In this document: piece after piece, positions 22,548 to 32,545 of the stretch | Layout of the letters: each line of letters starts with the position of its first letter | Numbering within the stretch: position 1 is the first letter of the stretch | Assembly (NCBI GenBank): GCA_963727255.1 | Contig: CAVSFC010000002.1 | Coordinates: 480,001 to 544,000, forward strand | Direction of reading: 5' to 3' | Source of the DNA: an uncultured bacterium | GTDB taxonomy: Bacteria; Babelota; Babeliae; Babelales; Vermiphilaceae | DNA length: 64,000 nt | Program-made: the position numbers and the translations under genes | Notes under the pieces: generated by a model | Databases searched by the model: none | What the model was told of the DNA's origin: nothing | Seen by the model: only the letters and a program-made list of their open reading frames with translations

Positions 22548-22985
22548 TTAATAATCATTTTTTGGATTATATTCGCCTTCTAGCGCATGGAGCTCGTAAA
22601 TGAAATAATCTGCTATAAGACTTAACATAAGATTAATGAATTTGACTTTCTCGGGCTTGTTTTTTCTTGTGAGGGGATCTTCAAAAGTAATATTTTTAAA
22701 ATGACATCCTAATCCGAGCTCATCGGCTTTAGGAGAATATGCATGTTCAAATATAATTGAGAAGCAAACCGAATCGGTTTTAGTTTTAATTTCTAGCTTT
22801 GATTGCCTATTGGGAGTTCTGATGCTTGCAATTATTTGATCGATAGTAAGTTCGTTAGAATCTTCATGAATGTTATGGTTAAAATATTTTAAGCCTAGTC
22901 TATGTCCACGCTCTAAGAAAAAGCGAATATTTTCTTGTTCAAAAGAGGCTCTGATTATTGTAATAATATTAAAATTTGAATGCAT
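22548..22985 (-). CDS. Hypothetical protein
   Basis: AT-rich ORF in a co-oriented cluster; likely start MHSNFN at 22985. Confidence 0.55.
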   Translation of the reverse strand: MHSNFNIITIIRASFEQENIRFFLERGHRLGLKYFNHNIHEDSNELTIDQIIASIRTPNRQSKLEIKTKTDSVCFSIIFEHAYSPKADELGLGCHFKNITFEDPLTRKNKPEKVKFINLMLSLIADYFIYELHALEGEYNPKNDY

Positions 22986-22995
22986 TAAAGTCTCT

Positions 22996-23427
22996 TTAGG
23001 GTTTGCAAAATTCAACATGTAGTTGTTCTATGCCAAAGGGCTCTAGCCATTTAAGTATAAAATTTAAATAAAAGGAAATATCAACATCTTGAGCATTGTC
23101 GGGTGAATAATTTCTTTCTAATAAATTTTCAGAAGTAAATCCGAGCCATAAAGTGATTGTTGGGTCTTCGCTGCTAATTGACATATCTATATCGGTATTT
23201 TTAAAAATAATGCTGACGAATTTGTTTTCGCTGAGATCTTGATTTAATATTTCTATAACTTGATGGATTGTTAAAAAAGTTTTTTTATCTGTTTCAATGC
23301 ATTTCTTCCAGTCAACATATTCAGAGTTGAAGCTGCGCCCGTAATTAAGAATTTTCTCTAAATTATTGTTAGTTTTGAGAATATTTAATTTTATTTCTAT
23401 ATAAAAAAATCTACCAGGTGAAATCAT
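22996..23427 (-). CDS. Hypothetical protein
   Basis: 143-aa ORF with GAAGGA Shine-Dalgarno. Confidence 0.6.
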   Translation of the reverse strand: MISPGRFFYIEIKLNILKTNNNLEKILNYGRSFNSEYVDWKKCIETDKKTFLTIHQVIEILNQDLSENKFVSIIFKNTDIDMSISSEDPTITLWLGFTSENLLERNYSPDNAQDVDISFYLNFILKWLEPFGIEQLHVEFCKP

Positions 23428-23458
23428 TAATTATCCTTCGAAAAATTTTATGCCATTC

Positions 23459-23899
23459 TCACTGAGCCATTTTTGTAATTTTTCTTGCATAGTTTTCCTT
23501 ATTTAATGCCATCTGAGTTCCTGGCGTAGATTCTATATGAGATAGTAAATGGCCCAGTTTATGAAAATCATGATGCATACCCGCAGCATCAAGTTGCTTT
23601 AAAAAATCGGGCTTTATTATGATGCCGGTTTTTATAGAAACTTCTTGTAATAGAGATTGAGTTGACGGGTTGATGAGTATCTGGACATACGCAGATTCTT
23701 CTGCCTTTGATGGAAAATGAGGTTTAACATCCACATAGTGGGATGCTACTAAGGCCATACTCAGAAATGATTGGATGGCGATTTCAAAGGCTTGCTGTAT
23801 CATTGGAATGACTATTGCCAATGGCGTAGCAAAAATTGATATAGATGAGAATATGAGAATGATACTGATCAGAAATCGATTGCGTTTCGGTTGTTTCAT
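23459..23899 (-). CDS. Secreted hypothetical protein, possibly truncated
   Basis: AAGGAG Shine-Dalgarno; signal peptide ending SIFA. Confidence 0.6.
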   Translation of the reverse strand: MKQPKRNRFLISIILIFSSISIFATPLAIVIPMIQQAFEIAIQSFLSMALVASHYVDVKPHFPSKAEESAYVQILINPSTQSLLQEVSIKTGIIIKPDFLKQLDAAGMHHDFHKLGHLLSHIESTPGTQMALNKENYARKITKMAQ

Positions 23900-23980
23900 C
23901 TAGCTCCTTCATACCTGCAATAAAAACATTCTTATAAATGTAATGGTATTTTATTGATTTACAACATGAAGTTAAAACTC

Positions 23981-24011
23981 AAAAAAAAGAGGCATCAGAA
24001 ATGATGCCTCT
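23981..24011 (-). terminator. Intrinsic terminator
   Basis: AGAGGCATCA-GAAA-TGATGCCTCT with an A8 tract (U tract on the minus strand). Confidence 0.75.
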
Positions 24012-24036
24012 AAGAAGACTTGGATAAATATTAATG

Positions 24037-24993
24037 TTATCGCTGAATGAAACTTTTTTTATTCTTCAATGCATCATCTACAATCTTTTTTGAAGGTTGG
24101 CATTGCGCCAAGATTGCATCGCCTTGTGCTGCGAAGGTTGAATTATGCGGTAAACCACATTTTTTATAGAATGCTTGCACCGTATTTAAATAAGTGGGTG
24201 CATCATCATTTTCTAATAAATAGGCATGTGAACCTTTATCAAGCAACAAGAAATAAACATTTTGATGCCCGCAATCGCGCAATTTAAAATAGATCGATGC
24301 GCTGTTTGCGGCAGGAATTAGCGTATCTTCTAATGATGCAATAATTAAAAGCGGCAATTCTTTATTGATATTATGTGCCACTTTAATGGGGAATACTCCT
24401 TTGGCATCATACTTGCTAAAAAAGAGATTGGGAGATGTATGCCGAATGAGCAACGGTATCCAATCAACGCCGGCGATTTTGCATAGTGTGTCCAACGTTT
24501 CAATAACAGAATCAAAGGGTGATTCAACAACTGCCGCAACAATTGATCGTGCAGTGCGAGTTCCTAAAAAATTAAGAATCGTAGATGCCCCTCGAGACAT
24601 GCCCACGAGCACAACTTTATTATGTTTAATTTTTTCATACTCATTCGCAAGAGTTTGTATCTCATTTTCTTGCGCTAAGCTTGTTTGAGTGCCATCAAAG
24701 CCCCGAATAGCATCGGGAAAATTAAAAGTATAGAATGGATCTTTAATGATTCCAAAAAAATCATCAGTAGGATTGAGCAATTGCCAGATATGTTTATGTC
24801 CTGATTTAGTTTGTGCATGCAGCTGATCGTTTAGAATTTGAAATGAGATATCCGGCAGTTGAGCATAATAGCGCGCAAGATTCTGATTCGCATACAGTCC
24901 ATGAGCAAAAAGATATACAATCTCATCAGCTACTGCGTTTTGAGAGCCAAATAAGCAAAATACGAGCGCAATCGATCTCATTATTTTTTGCAT
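24037..24993 (-). CDS. Secreted alpha/beta hydrolase
   Basis: FAHG, GMSRG nucleophile elbow, ESPFD, D-LIP and GSH motifs. Confidence 0.8.
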   Translation of the reverse strand: MQKIMRSIALVFCLFGSQNAVADEIVYLFAHGLYANQNLARYYAQLPDISFQILNDQLHAQTKSGHKHIWQLLNPTDDFFGIIKDPFYTFNFPDAIRGFDGTQTSLAQENEIQTLANEYEKIKHNKVVLVGMSRGASTILNFLGTRTARSIVAAVVESPFDSVIETLDTLCKIAGVDWIPLLIRHTSPNLFFSKYDAKGVFPIKVAHNINKELPLLIIASLEDTLIPAANSASIYFKLRDCGHQNVYFLLLDKGSHAYLLENDDAPTYLNTVQAFYKKCGLPHNSTFAAQGDAILAQCQPSKKIVDDALKNKKSFIQR

Positions 24994-25754
24994 GACCGTT
25001 CTCCTTCTTCTATCGCTATAGTATACGGTAGCGATTGTTCTGAGGAGGCGTCAATTAATCTTATTTTGAAAGAGGAATTATAGCATTTATGGGGCACAAA
25101 TAAAAGGGTGTTTAGTGAAGTGCCCGATTCAATAATAGTCGGCTTGTGCAATGATTTTTGCAAAATATCGCGCTGTATAGAAGTGTTAGTAGTTAAAGCC
25201 TGATTGCCTTGGTTATAGCAAATATAGGGAGTACCCGCAGCTACCATTCCTGCAATGCCAAGCCCGGCATACCCGCCTTTTACGAGCGCCGGAATAGAAC
25301 CAATTGCACCAAGAATACTGATGTATGCAGCAGCCAGAAAGACTGTTCCCGTACACAAGGTTCCAAGAATAAGGGGTACAATGATTCTGCGAGAAGTATG
25401 GGAATAGAGCCGTTGCGCAACCATTTTAGGATTGATCAATTTTAAACCGATGCAGCCGGGATCTAAAATAAGATTTTTTTGGCTTTTGTTTTCGATGTAT
25501 AAATAAAGAGCGTAGATCGGTTTGCGTTTGTTTAATAATCGGCTCCCTCTGCCATCAAAAAGTATATGAGTTTCTTGTTTGTTCAAAAGTTTGCAATGAA
25601 CTGTAACATTATTTTGAGTTTGCAAAGAGGCGTTATTTAAACGAATTTCTTGAAGAGATTTGGGGTGATACGCAGGCTGTTTACAGCCGGGCAAAAGTAA
25701 AACTATGCCGGTAATTACCAGCACAAGTATAGGTTTTAAGAATGTATTGAACAT
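24981..25754 (-). CDS. Putative lipoprotein / membrane protein
   Basis: Lipobox-like LPGC and two internal hydrophobic segments. Confidence 0.65.
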   Translation of the reverse strand: MFNTFLKPILVLVITGIVLLLPGCKQPAYHPKSLQEIRLNNASLQTQNNVTVHCKLLNKQETHILFDGRGSRLLNKRKPIYALYLYIENKSQKNLILDPGCIGLKLINPKMVAQRLYSHTSRRIIVPLILGTLCTGTVFLAAAYISILGAIGSIPALVKGGYAGLGIAGMVAAGTPYICYNQGNQALTTNTSIQRDILQKSLHKPTIIESGTSLNTLLFVPHKCYNSSFKIRLIDASSEQSLPYTIAIEEGERSCKK

Positions 25755-26016
25755 AACCCCTCCTGCGATGAAAAAAGCAATAAAATCACAGGTTTATTGA
25801 AAAAAGTCGACCTGATATAAGAATAGTATAATTGCCATGATTGTCAATTTAAATTTCAAATTGATTAGCCAGATTGAAAATTTAAAAAATCCGAATGGAT
25901 TGGCCATTTGCCCGCTTTTAATAATTTCAACTAGAAAATTCAAAATAGAGAAAGTCGATTTCTTTTCTTATTCATTCAGGTATGGTTATATCAAACCATT
26001 AGTTAAAGGATTGCAA

Positions 26017-27250
26017 ATGGGTAGCATAGATTTCTTGTATGATCACGCGTTAGTGCCGGCTGATCAGATTTCAAAAAGTATACAGGCGCTTGAACCTCTC
26101 ATTAATAAGGTTCCTTCGCTGGAGGTTTCCAGGGTTGTTCACGATGCAAAAGTGCTCGCATCGGTGCAAAAGCTGGCAGAGAAAAAGATTAAACATAATC
26201 CGGCCCTGATGATTGTGGTTGGAATCGGCGGCTCAAGCCTTGGCGCGCAGGCAGTGTATGATGCTCTCTATGGTAAAGAAGGCAACCAGCATTTTCCGCT
26301 ATTATTTTGCCGATACGGTTGATAGTGATTATATCCATGCTTTGCTGCAGCGGGCTGAGCATGCATTAAAAAATAAAAGAAATATTCTTATTAGTGTTAT
26401 CAGCAAATCAGGAACCACTACCGAGACTATCGCAAATTTTGAATGCTTTTTGGAATTACTCAAAAGATATCATCCGAATACCTATCATGAATTTGTGGTT
26501 GCCATTACTGATGAGGGTTCTGCACTTTGGAATCTTGCTGCAATAGAGAAATTTGATCGGTTAGCAATTCCGGCTGCAATTGGTGGCAGATATTCAGTAT
26601 TGAGTCCCGTGGGATTATTCCCATTGTGCTTCGCGCAAGTTGATATTGAAGAATTAATTAAAGGAACGCTTGCTGCTGATGCACTTCGAGCTGCAACAAG
26701 TGCAAGCATCATCGCATATCATTATGACAAAGGGAAAAACATTCATGATTTTTTTGTTTTTGATACTGCGCTCCAATCACTGGGCAAATGGTATCGCCAA
26801 TTGATGGGTGAGAGCCTTGGCAAAGCTGGCAAAGGAATTACCCCAACCGTTTCGGTCGGGAGCACCGATCTGCATTCAGTTGCGCAGCTTTATTTGGGCG
26901 GCCCGCATGATAAAACAACAACATTTATGTATGTCACTCATGCAAAACATGATATAAAAATTCCCACCATGAACGAATATGATGCGCTGGTGCCCCATTT
27001 GCAGGGCAAATCGTTGGCTGCTGTGATGCAAGCAATTTTCCAGGGGACACAAAAAGCGTATGCGCAAAGCAAGATCCCGTATATTACTTACATGCTTCCA
27101 AAAAAAAGTGCATTCTATATAGGGCAATTTTTACAATCCCAAATGATTGAAATGATTATGCTTGGGCATTTGCTTGAAGTGAATCCATTTGATCAGCCGC
27201 AGGTAGAATTATATAAAACTCAGACAAGAAAGATTTTGGCAAATGAATGA
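26017..27250 (+). CDS. pgi: Glucose-6-phosphate isomerase (one frameshift near 26290)
   Basis: VGIGGSSLG, ISKSGTTTET, GGRYSVLS, QLMGESLGK, NPFDQPQVE motifs. Confidence 0.92.
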
Positions 27251-28760
27251 TTGTGCAATAGTTTTGCTCGGAGCAACAGGGGATTTGGCAAAGCGTAAAA
27301 TTTTTCCCGGCACTTTATACCCTTTTCGAAAAAAATAAATTGGGTAATTCAATTATTGTTGGCGCTGCACTTTCTGATGTCACAGCTGAGCAGTTGCTCG
27401 AAAACACCAAGAAATTTGTAAGACCAAAAGATGAAATACAATGGCAGGAATTTGGCAAACGTGTTTCATATGTAGCCATTAATTTTTCTCACGAAGGAGA
27501 TTTTAATACGCTCGCCACATTTGTTTCTGCGCAAGAAAAAAAAGCAAAAATCACGGGAAATCGCATTGTGTATTGTGCCACGGCTCCCTATTTTTATTGT
27601 AGCGATTACGCAAGGATTAGCAAAATCGGGCCTAATTAAACGAATGCCCACTGCTAAAATTGACCCTTCGATACGCTCACTTAGTGAGCACTCAGGGCGA
27701 GCGAATAAAAACCCGTTCGTGGTGAGTGATGCCGCAGGCATTGTATCGAACCATATCTTCCAGCGTATCATCTATGAAAAACCATTCGGCCATGATCTTG
27801 AATCTGCGCATGAGATTAATGCATGCATTGCGGAGCATTTTGAAGAGCATCAAATTTTTCGAATTGATCATTATCTCACCAAAGAGCTCGTTGGTAATAT
27901 TGCTTTGGTGCGATTTACCAATATTGTTTTTGAGCCACTTTGGAACAATCGGTATATTGATCAAGTGCAGGTTATTTTTGATGAAGAGCTATGCCTCGAT
28001 GGGCGCGGAGCATTTTATGATAAATATGGTGCACTCGCCGATGTGATGCAAAATCATATGATGCAATTGGTTGCATTAATCGGCATGGAACCGCCGGAAA
28101 AATTAACGGGAGACTATATTCGCACCGAGCGGGCAAAAGTGTTGCAAAAAGTAAAGGTTGTGGATGCGTTGCTGGGCCAATATGATGGCTATCACCAAGA
28201 AAATGGAGTTGCGCCCGATTCAAAAACAGAAACATTTGCGCAAGTCTACTTGCGAATAGAAAATCCGCGTTGGGCCGGGGTGCCATTTTATTTAAAAGCA
28301 GGCAAATGTTTGGATAAAAAAGAGACTGCCATTTATATCAAATTTAAGCATGTTGATTGTTTGCTCTCCAAAGCATGCCCGAGTGAAACTAATAGTTTGA
28401 CGATCGAAATTAGCCCCAATCCGCTCTTTGCACTTACGTTAAATGCAAAAGTTCCGGGCAAAAGTGATGAGGTAACGCCGGTGCAAATGACAGTTTGAGA
28501 CTGGTGCCTTTGGCAATCAGAGTCCGGAAGCATATGAAACACTTTTTGAGGAAATTTTAAAAGGTGAGCAATCGGTATCAGTTCGTTTTGATGAGATTGA
28601 ATATGCATGGAAAATTATTGATGCAATTCGTGCACTTAAACCAGCCCTTTATACCTATGAACATGGATCAAAGGGGCCGCAAGAATCAGTTGCTCAGTTT
28701 GAAAAAAAACATGGAATGCGTTGGGTAAATTTATCTAAAGCCGGAGGAACAAAAAAATGA
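27243..28760 (+). CDS. zwf: Glucose-6-phosphate 1-dehydrogenase (frameshifted; carries an in-frame palindromic insert)
   Basis: GATGDLAKRK, EKPFGHD, RIDHYL, DVMQNH and WAGVPFYLKAGK motifs. Confidence 0.92.
27664..27753. repeat. 90-bp palindromic REP/RPE-like element inside zwf
   Basis: Same arm sequences as the intergenic copies at 1741-1829 and 35823-35917. Confidence 0.85.
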
Positions 28761-29659
28761 AATTAGGGGTAATCGGTCTGGGGCGCATGGGTGCTGCAAT
28801 TGCCCATCGGGCCTTAAAAGCAGGCCATTGTGCATTAGGATATGATCCAAATAGTACAATTCAAAAAGAGTTACAAGAATCAGGAATTCAAATGTATGAA
28901 TCGCCCGACGCGCTCGCACAAGAAGCGGACGTGATCTGGCTCATGGTGCCTTCGGGCAAAATAGTGGATATAGCACTTGCGCATATAATGCATGCGGCAA
29001 AAAAAGATGCCATTATTATTGATGGGGGCAATAGCAATTTTGTTGATTCAGTGCGCCGCGCAAAAGAACTCGCATCAAAAGGAATGCATTTTCTTGATTG
29101 TGGCACTTCCGGTGGCATTCATGGAGAAAAGCATGGTTTTTGTTTGATGGTCGGCGGCAATTTTGAAATCGTATCAAAAAATTGAGCCATTGCTTAAAGC
29201 AATCGCTTGCAAAGATGGCTGCGCTTACGTTGGGCCATCAGGCGCCGGGCATTATGTGAAAATGATTCACAATGGCATTGAATATGGCATACTGGAAGCC
29301 TATGCAGAAGGATTTCATCTCTTGCGCGAGGGCGCATTATAAAGATCTTGATCTGGAAGCAGATATCAAAATTATGGTTGCATGGTGCAGTGATTCGCTC
29401 CTGGTTGCTTGAACTTGCGCATGATGTGTTTAAAGAAGATCAAAATTTTGCCAGTGTTGATGGCAAAATTCAAGAAGGAGGCACCGGTGCATGGACGGTT
29501 GAGAATGCTCATAAAAATAAAATTCCGGTTCCGGTGATTGAAGCATCATTAAAGGTGCGGGCTGAATCACGCAAAACCGGTGGCAATTTTGCAACTAAAT
29601 TGATTCAAATGTTACGGAATGCTTTTGGCGGTCATAGTGTTCAAAGAAAACCGTATTAA
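28757..29659 (+). CDS. gnd: 6-phosphogluconate dehydrogenase, decarboxylating, short-chain type (frameshifted)
   Basis: GLGRMG, LMVPSG, IDGGNS, DCGTSGG, GAGHYVKMIHNGIEYG and RNAFGGH motifs. Confidence 0.92.
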
Positions 29660-29750
29660 TAATTTTGCTTGTTAGTTCATCGCAGGTATAAAATAATTTT
29701 TCATATATAGTTTCGTTGCGCCTCCGGCGCGTGGGCAACGGGGGTTTTCA

Positions 29751-30246
29751 TGCAAAAAATTATAATGCGGCTCCGCGCCGCGTGCGGCAGGGATGTTTTC
29801 ACAAACACCCCTGCACCCCGTGCTCCAAGGCTGCGCCTTTGGAATCCCTTCATTTCGCTTATACGCCGGCCACTACCGCGCTCAAAACGCGCTCGAGCTC
29901 GGCGACTAAGCTCATAAGAATTACATGAATAATTTTTCCTAAAGTTGTATGCGGCTTGTATGAAAAGCAACTAAAATTTTTTTGTATTTTCCGGTAAGGC
30001 GTCAGCTAACCGCTGCCGGGACATAGTCCCAAAGCGGGTTAACCCGATTGGTGAAACCAAGAGGGCCGCAAGGGCTTACGCCGCCTTTAAGGGATGCCTA
30101 AGGGATTTTCCCTTAGGTGCAACTTGGGGTCCAGGGGGCTTTTTGCACAAAAGCCCCTTGGCCATGCGCTGGAAGCGCAAAAAGAAAAACTTTGTGAAAA
30201 CCTTCCTGGCGCATGCGGCGCGGAGCCGCATTTTATTTTTTTTGCA
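29751..30246. mobile_element. About 500-bp non-coding element with ~50-bp terminal inverted repeats and many internal hairpins (MITE-like or structured RNA)
   Basis: 29751-29805 is an imperfect reverse complement of 30191-30246. GC-rich relative to its flanks. Confidence 0.6.
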
Positions 30247-30306
30247 AAAATACCAGACTATATGAGATAATTTAAAAAATTATATTTTGAACAAAAAGGA
30301 GTTCGC

Positions 30307-30933
30307 GTGAAAATTTATGATATTAGTTGGCCGATTAGTACTGCAACCACCGGATACAAAGATAAAAAAGTAGTAAATTTCCAACCGGTAAAATCGATTG
30401 ACAAAGATAATGTTCGCGAAACAACAATAACACTTGATTCACACACGGGCACGCATATAGATGCGCCATCCCATTTTATTCGTGACGGCAAAACGATCGA
30501 TCAAATTGAGCTATCGAGTATCATTGGGCCATGCAAAGTTTTTGACATGTCAGTTGTTAATGATGGTATCACCCGCGATCACTTAGAAAATTTAGAAATT
30601 TCTGCCGGTGATATTGTATTATTCAAAACAAATAATAGCGCCAATCAACCGACTGATAAATTTACGCCCCACTTTATTTATCTAGAAATTTCAGGCGCGC
30701 AATTATTGGTGCAACGCAAAGTGCGCGCAGTGGGCATCGATTATTTGGGAATTGAGCGGAGCCAGCAGGGCCATTTAACCCATCAGGAATTATTTAAAAA
30801 TAATATCACGATCATTGAAGGCTTGCGTCTGCAGACTATTAAGCAAGGCAAGTATTTTTTATGTTGCCTGCCATTGTATACGATTGGCCTCGAAGCAGCG
30901 CCGGCTCGTGCAGTGCTGCTTGAGGGAATCTGA
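30307..30933 (+). CDS. Cyclase family protein (kynurenine formamidase KynB-like)
   Basis: HTGTHIDAPSHF, VGIDYLG, IIEGL and APARAVL motifs. Confidence 0.88.
   Translation: MKIYDISWPISTATTGYKDKKVVNFQPVKSIDKDNVRETTITLDSHTGTHIDAPSHFIRDGKTIDQIELSSIIGPCKVFDMSVVNDGITRDHLENLEISAGDIVLFKTNNSANQPTDKFTPHFIYLEISGAQLLVQRKVRAVGIDYLGIERSQQGHLTHQELFKNNITIIEGLRLQTIKQGKYFLCCLPLYTIGLEAAPARAVLLEGI
30869..30933 (+). repeat. 65-bp direct repeat (3' end of the cyclase gene), copy 1
   Basis: Matches 31618-31682. Confidence 0.9.
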
Positions 30934-30934
30934 A

Positions 30935-31297
30935 TCATACTTCGAATTGTTTAATAATTCGGACGGCTTTTTCAGTTACGAGCACAAAATTATTGGATAA
31001 ATCATTTGAAGTATAGTTTTTTAGAATATTTTGCATAAATAAAATTAAATTATTGGGTCGATCGTTTGTCAAGCGAAATAAAATAATCCCAGCATGTTTC
31101 ATTTTATGCCGAAATATCATTTCTCCAAAATCTTTATCGCACGTGATTAGTATTCTTTGTTCTTGTATCGCATTTTCTAATACGATTGAATCGCTAGAGC
31201 TTTATAATGAATCGTAAACTGATATTGCATCATAATTATTTTGCCTAAGCCATTGAGCGAAGCTTGTGCCAATACACTCATCTACTATAAATCTCAT
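30935..31297 (-). CDS. DUF5615 PIN-like toxin (frameshift near 31200)
   Basis: Manual translation MRFIVDECIG..WLRQNNYDA, then RILITCDKDFGEMIFRHKMKHAGIILFRL. Confidence 0.8.
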
Positions 31298-31306
31298 AGT
31301 TATACT

Positions 31307-31546
31307 TTAGGCTGTTAATGGTACAAATGATGAGCTCTCAACTGCTTTTTGAGCGAAAGCTAAGCATGCTAAGACATCTTCTTTAGTTAACTTGTTATAT
31401 TCTGCAAGAAGATCATCTGTTGTCATGCCTTGGGCAAGCAATCCCAAAATTCTTTCAACAGTTAATCGTGTTCCTTTGATTATTGGTTTACCGACCATGA
31501 TTTTAGGATCGACAATAATTCGATTAAGAAGTTCTCTTGATTCCAT
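31307..31546 (-). CDS. DUF433 antitoxin
   Basis: RIIVDPKIMVGKPIIKGTRLTVERILGLLAQG..LTKEDVLACL. Confidence 0.9.
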   Translation of the reverse strand: MESRELLNRIIVDPKIMVGKPIIKGTRLTVERILGLLAQGMTTDDLLAEYNKLTKEDVLACLAFAQKAVESSSFVPLTA

Positions 31547-31617
31547 AGTGGTCCTTTATGATTTTTCTAAGTAATTCTTATTGTGATATAAAAAATCATA
31601 AAAATACAATTTTCTTT

Positions 31618-31682
31618 TGCCATTATATACGATTGGGCTGGAAGCAGCGCCGGCTCGTGCAGTGCTGCTTGAAGGAATTTAG
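31618..31682 (+). repeat. 65-bp direct repeat (orphan 3' end of the cyclase gene), copy 2
   Basis: Encodes the same LPLYTIGLEAAPARAVLLEGI* as the end of 30307..30933. Confidence 0.9.
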
Positions 31683-31683
31683 T

Positions 31684-32453
31684 TTAGACCAATTTTTTTG
31701 GCATTGCTTCTTCAAGAAGTGGAATAATATAATGATTGTTATATTTTCTTGCTAAGGATAATGCTGTTTCATGATCCGCATTTCTTAACCGAGGGTCTGC
31801 GCCATGTTCAAGAAGATGTTTTACCAATTCAACCGGTTCGCCATTTGTATATACAGCGAGGTCGCATAATAGCGTATTTCCTTGATCGAAGGTATTTGGA
31901 TCAGCATCATAGTGAAGAAAAAGCCAAGAAAGATATTTATGCTTTTTGACATGGAATAAAAAGGGTTGTGGCATAGCTGCCGTTTTAAGATTAGGATTGG
32001 CGCCTTTTTTAAGCAGCAATTCTATAATTTCAAATCTTTGATCGGCAATATTGGTTATTGGCTGCCATTCAGAATATACTTTGGAGCACTGAAGAGCATT
32101 ATTGAGTATCGGCATTCTCCATTTAGGATAAAAATAATTTGGATCTGTGCCAGCATCAAGCAAATTGGCAATTATTGCCAGACCACTCTGATATTCTTTA
32201 TCAGTTTTCTTTTTTTCCGATGCAAACCTTTTATTATGCTGGCCAAAATTCTATTAGCATGATCTTTAAAATATGGTCTATTTTCTAATGATTTTGCTGG
32301 AAGCTTTAAGGTTGCAAGATATTTGAGCGACTGCGGTTGATAAATTTCTTTGGATTGTTCCATTCCTGTCATCACTTTTATTGGTGATGTTTCCATAGCG
32401 TTTGTTCTGATGGCAATTACTGCGATTACGCTTAAAAATACTATTTTTTTCAT
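31684..32453 (-). CDS. Secreted ankyrin-repeat protein (frameshift near 32175)
   Basis: ORFs 32172..32453 (signal peptide TNA-ME, PQSLKYLA) and 31684..32163 (LLKKGANPN, LLEHGADPR, TALSLA) join into one gene. Confidence 0.78.
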
Positions 32454-32545
32454 GAAGCTCTATTAATTAATGCATTTTTTCGTATTTATTTCATTGTAGC
32501 ATTACTTTTGAATATGAGCAAAATAGGGCTTTTTGAAAGTATTTT

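Noticed and set aside
6190..29659. Calling hppA, nrdA, nrdB, pgi, zwf and gnd pseudogenes
   Set aside because: Catalytic motifs are intact, lesions are single-base indels often in homopolymers, and RNR is normally essential; sequence error is more likely.
29701..30246. RNase P, tmRNA, SRP, or ORFs 29701..29970 and 29716..29928
   Set aside because: Diagnostic motifs of those RNAs were not found, and the ORFs are repeat-derived.
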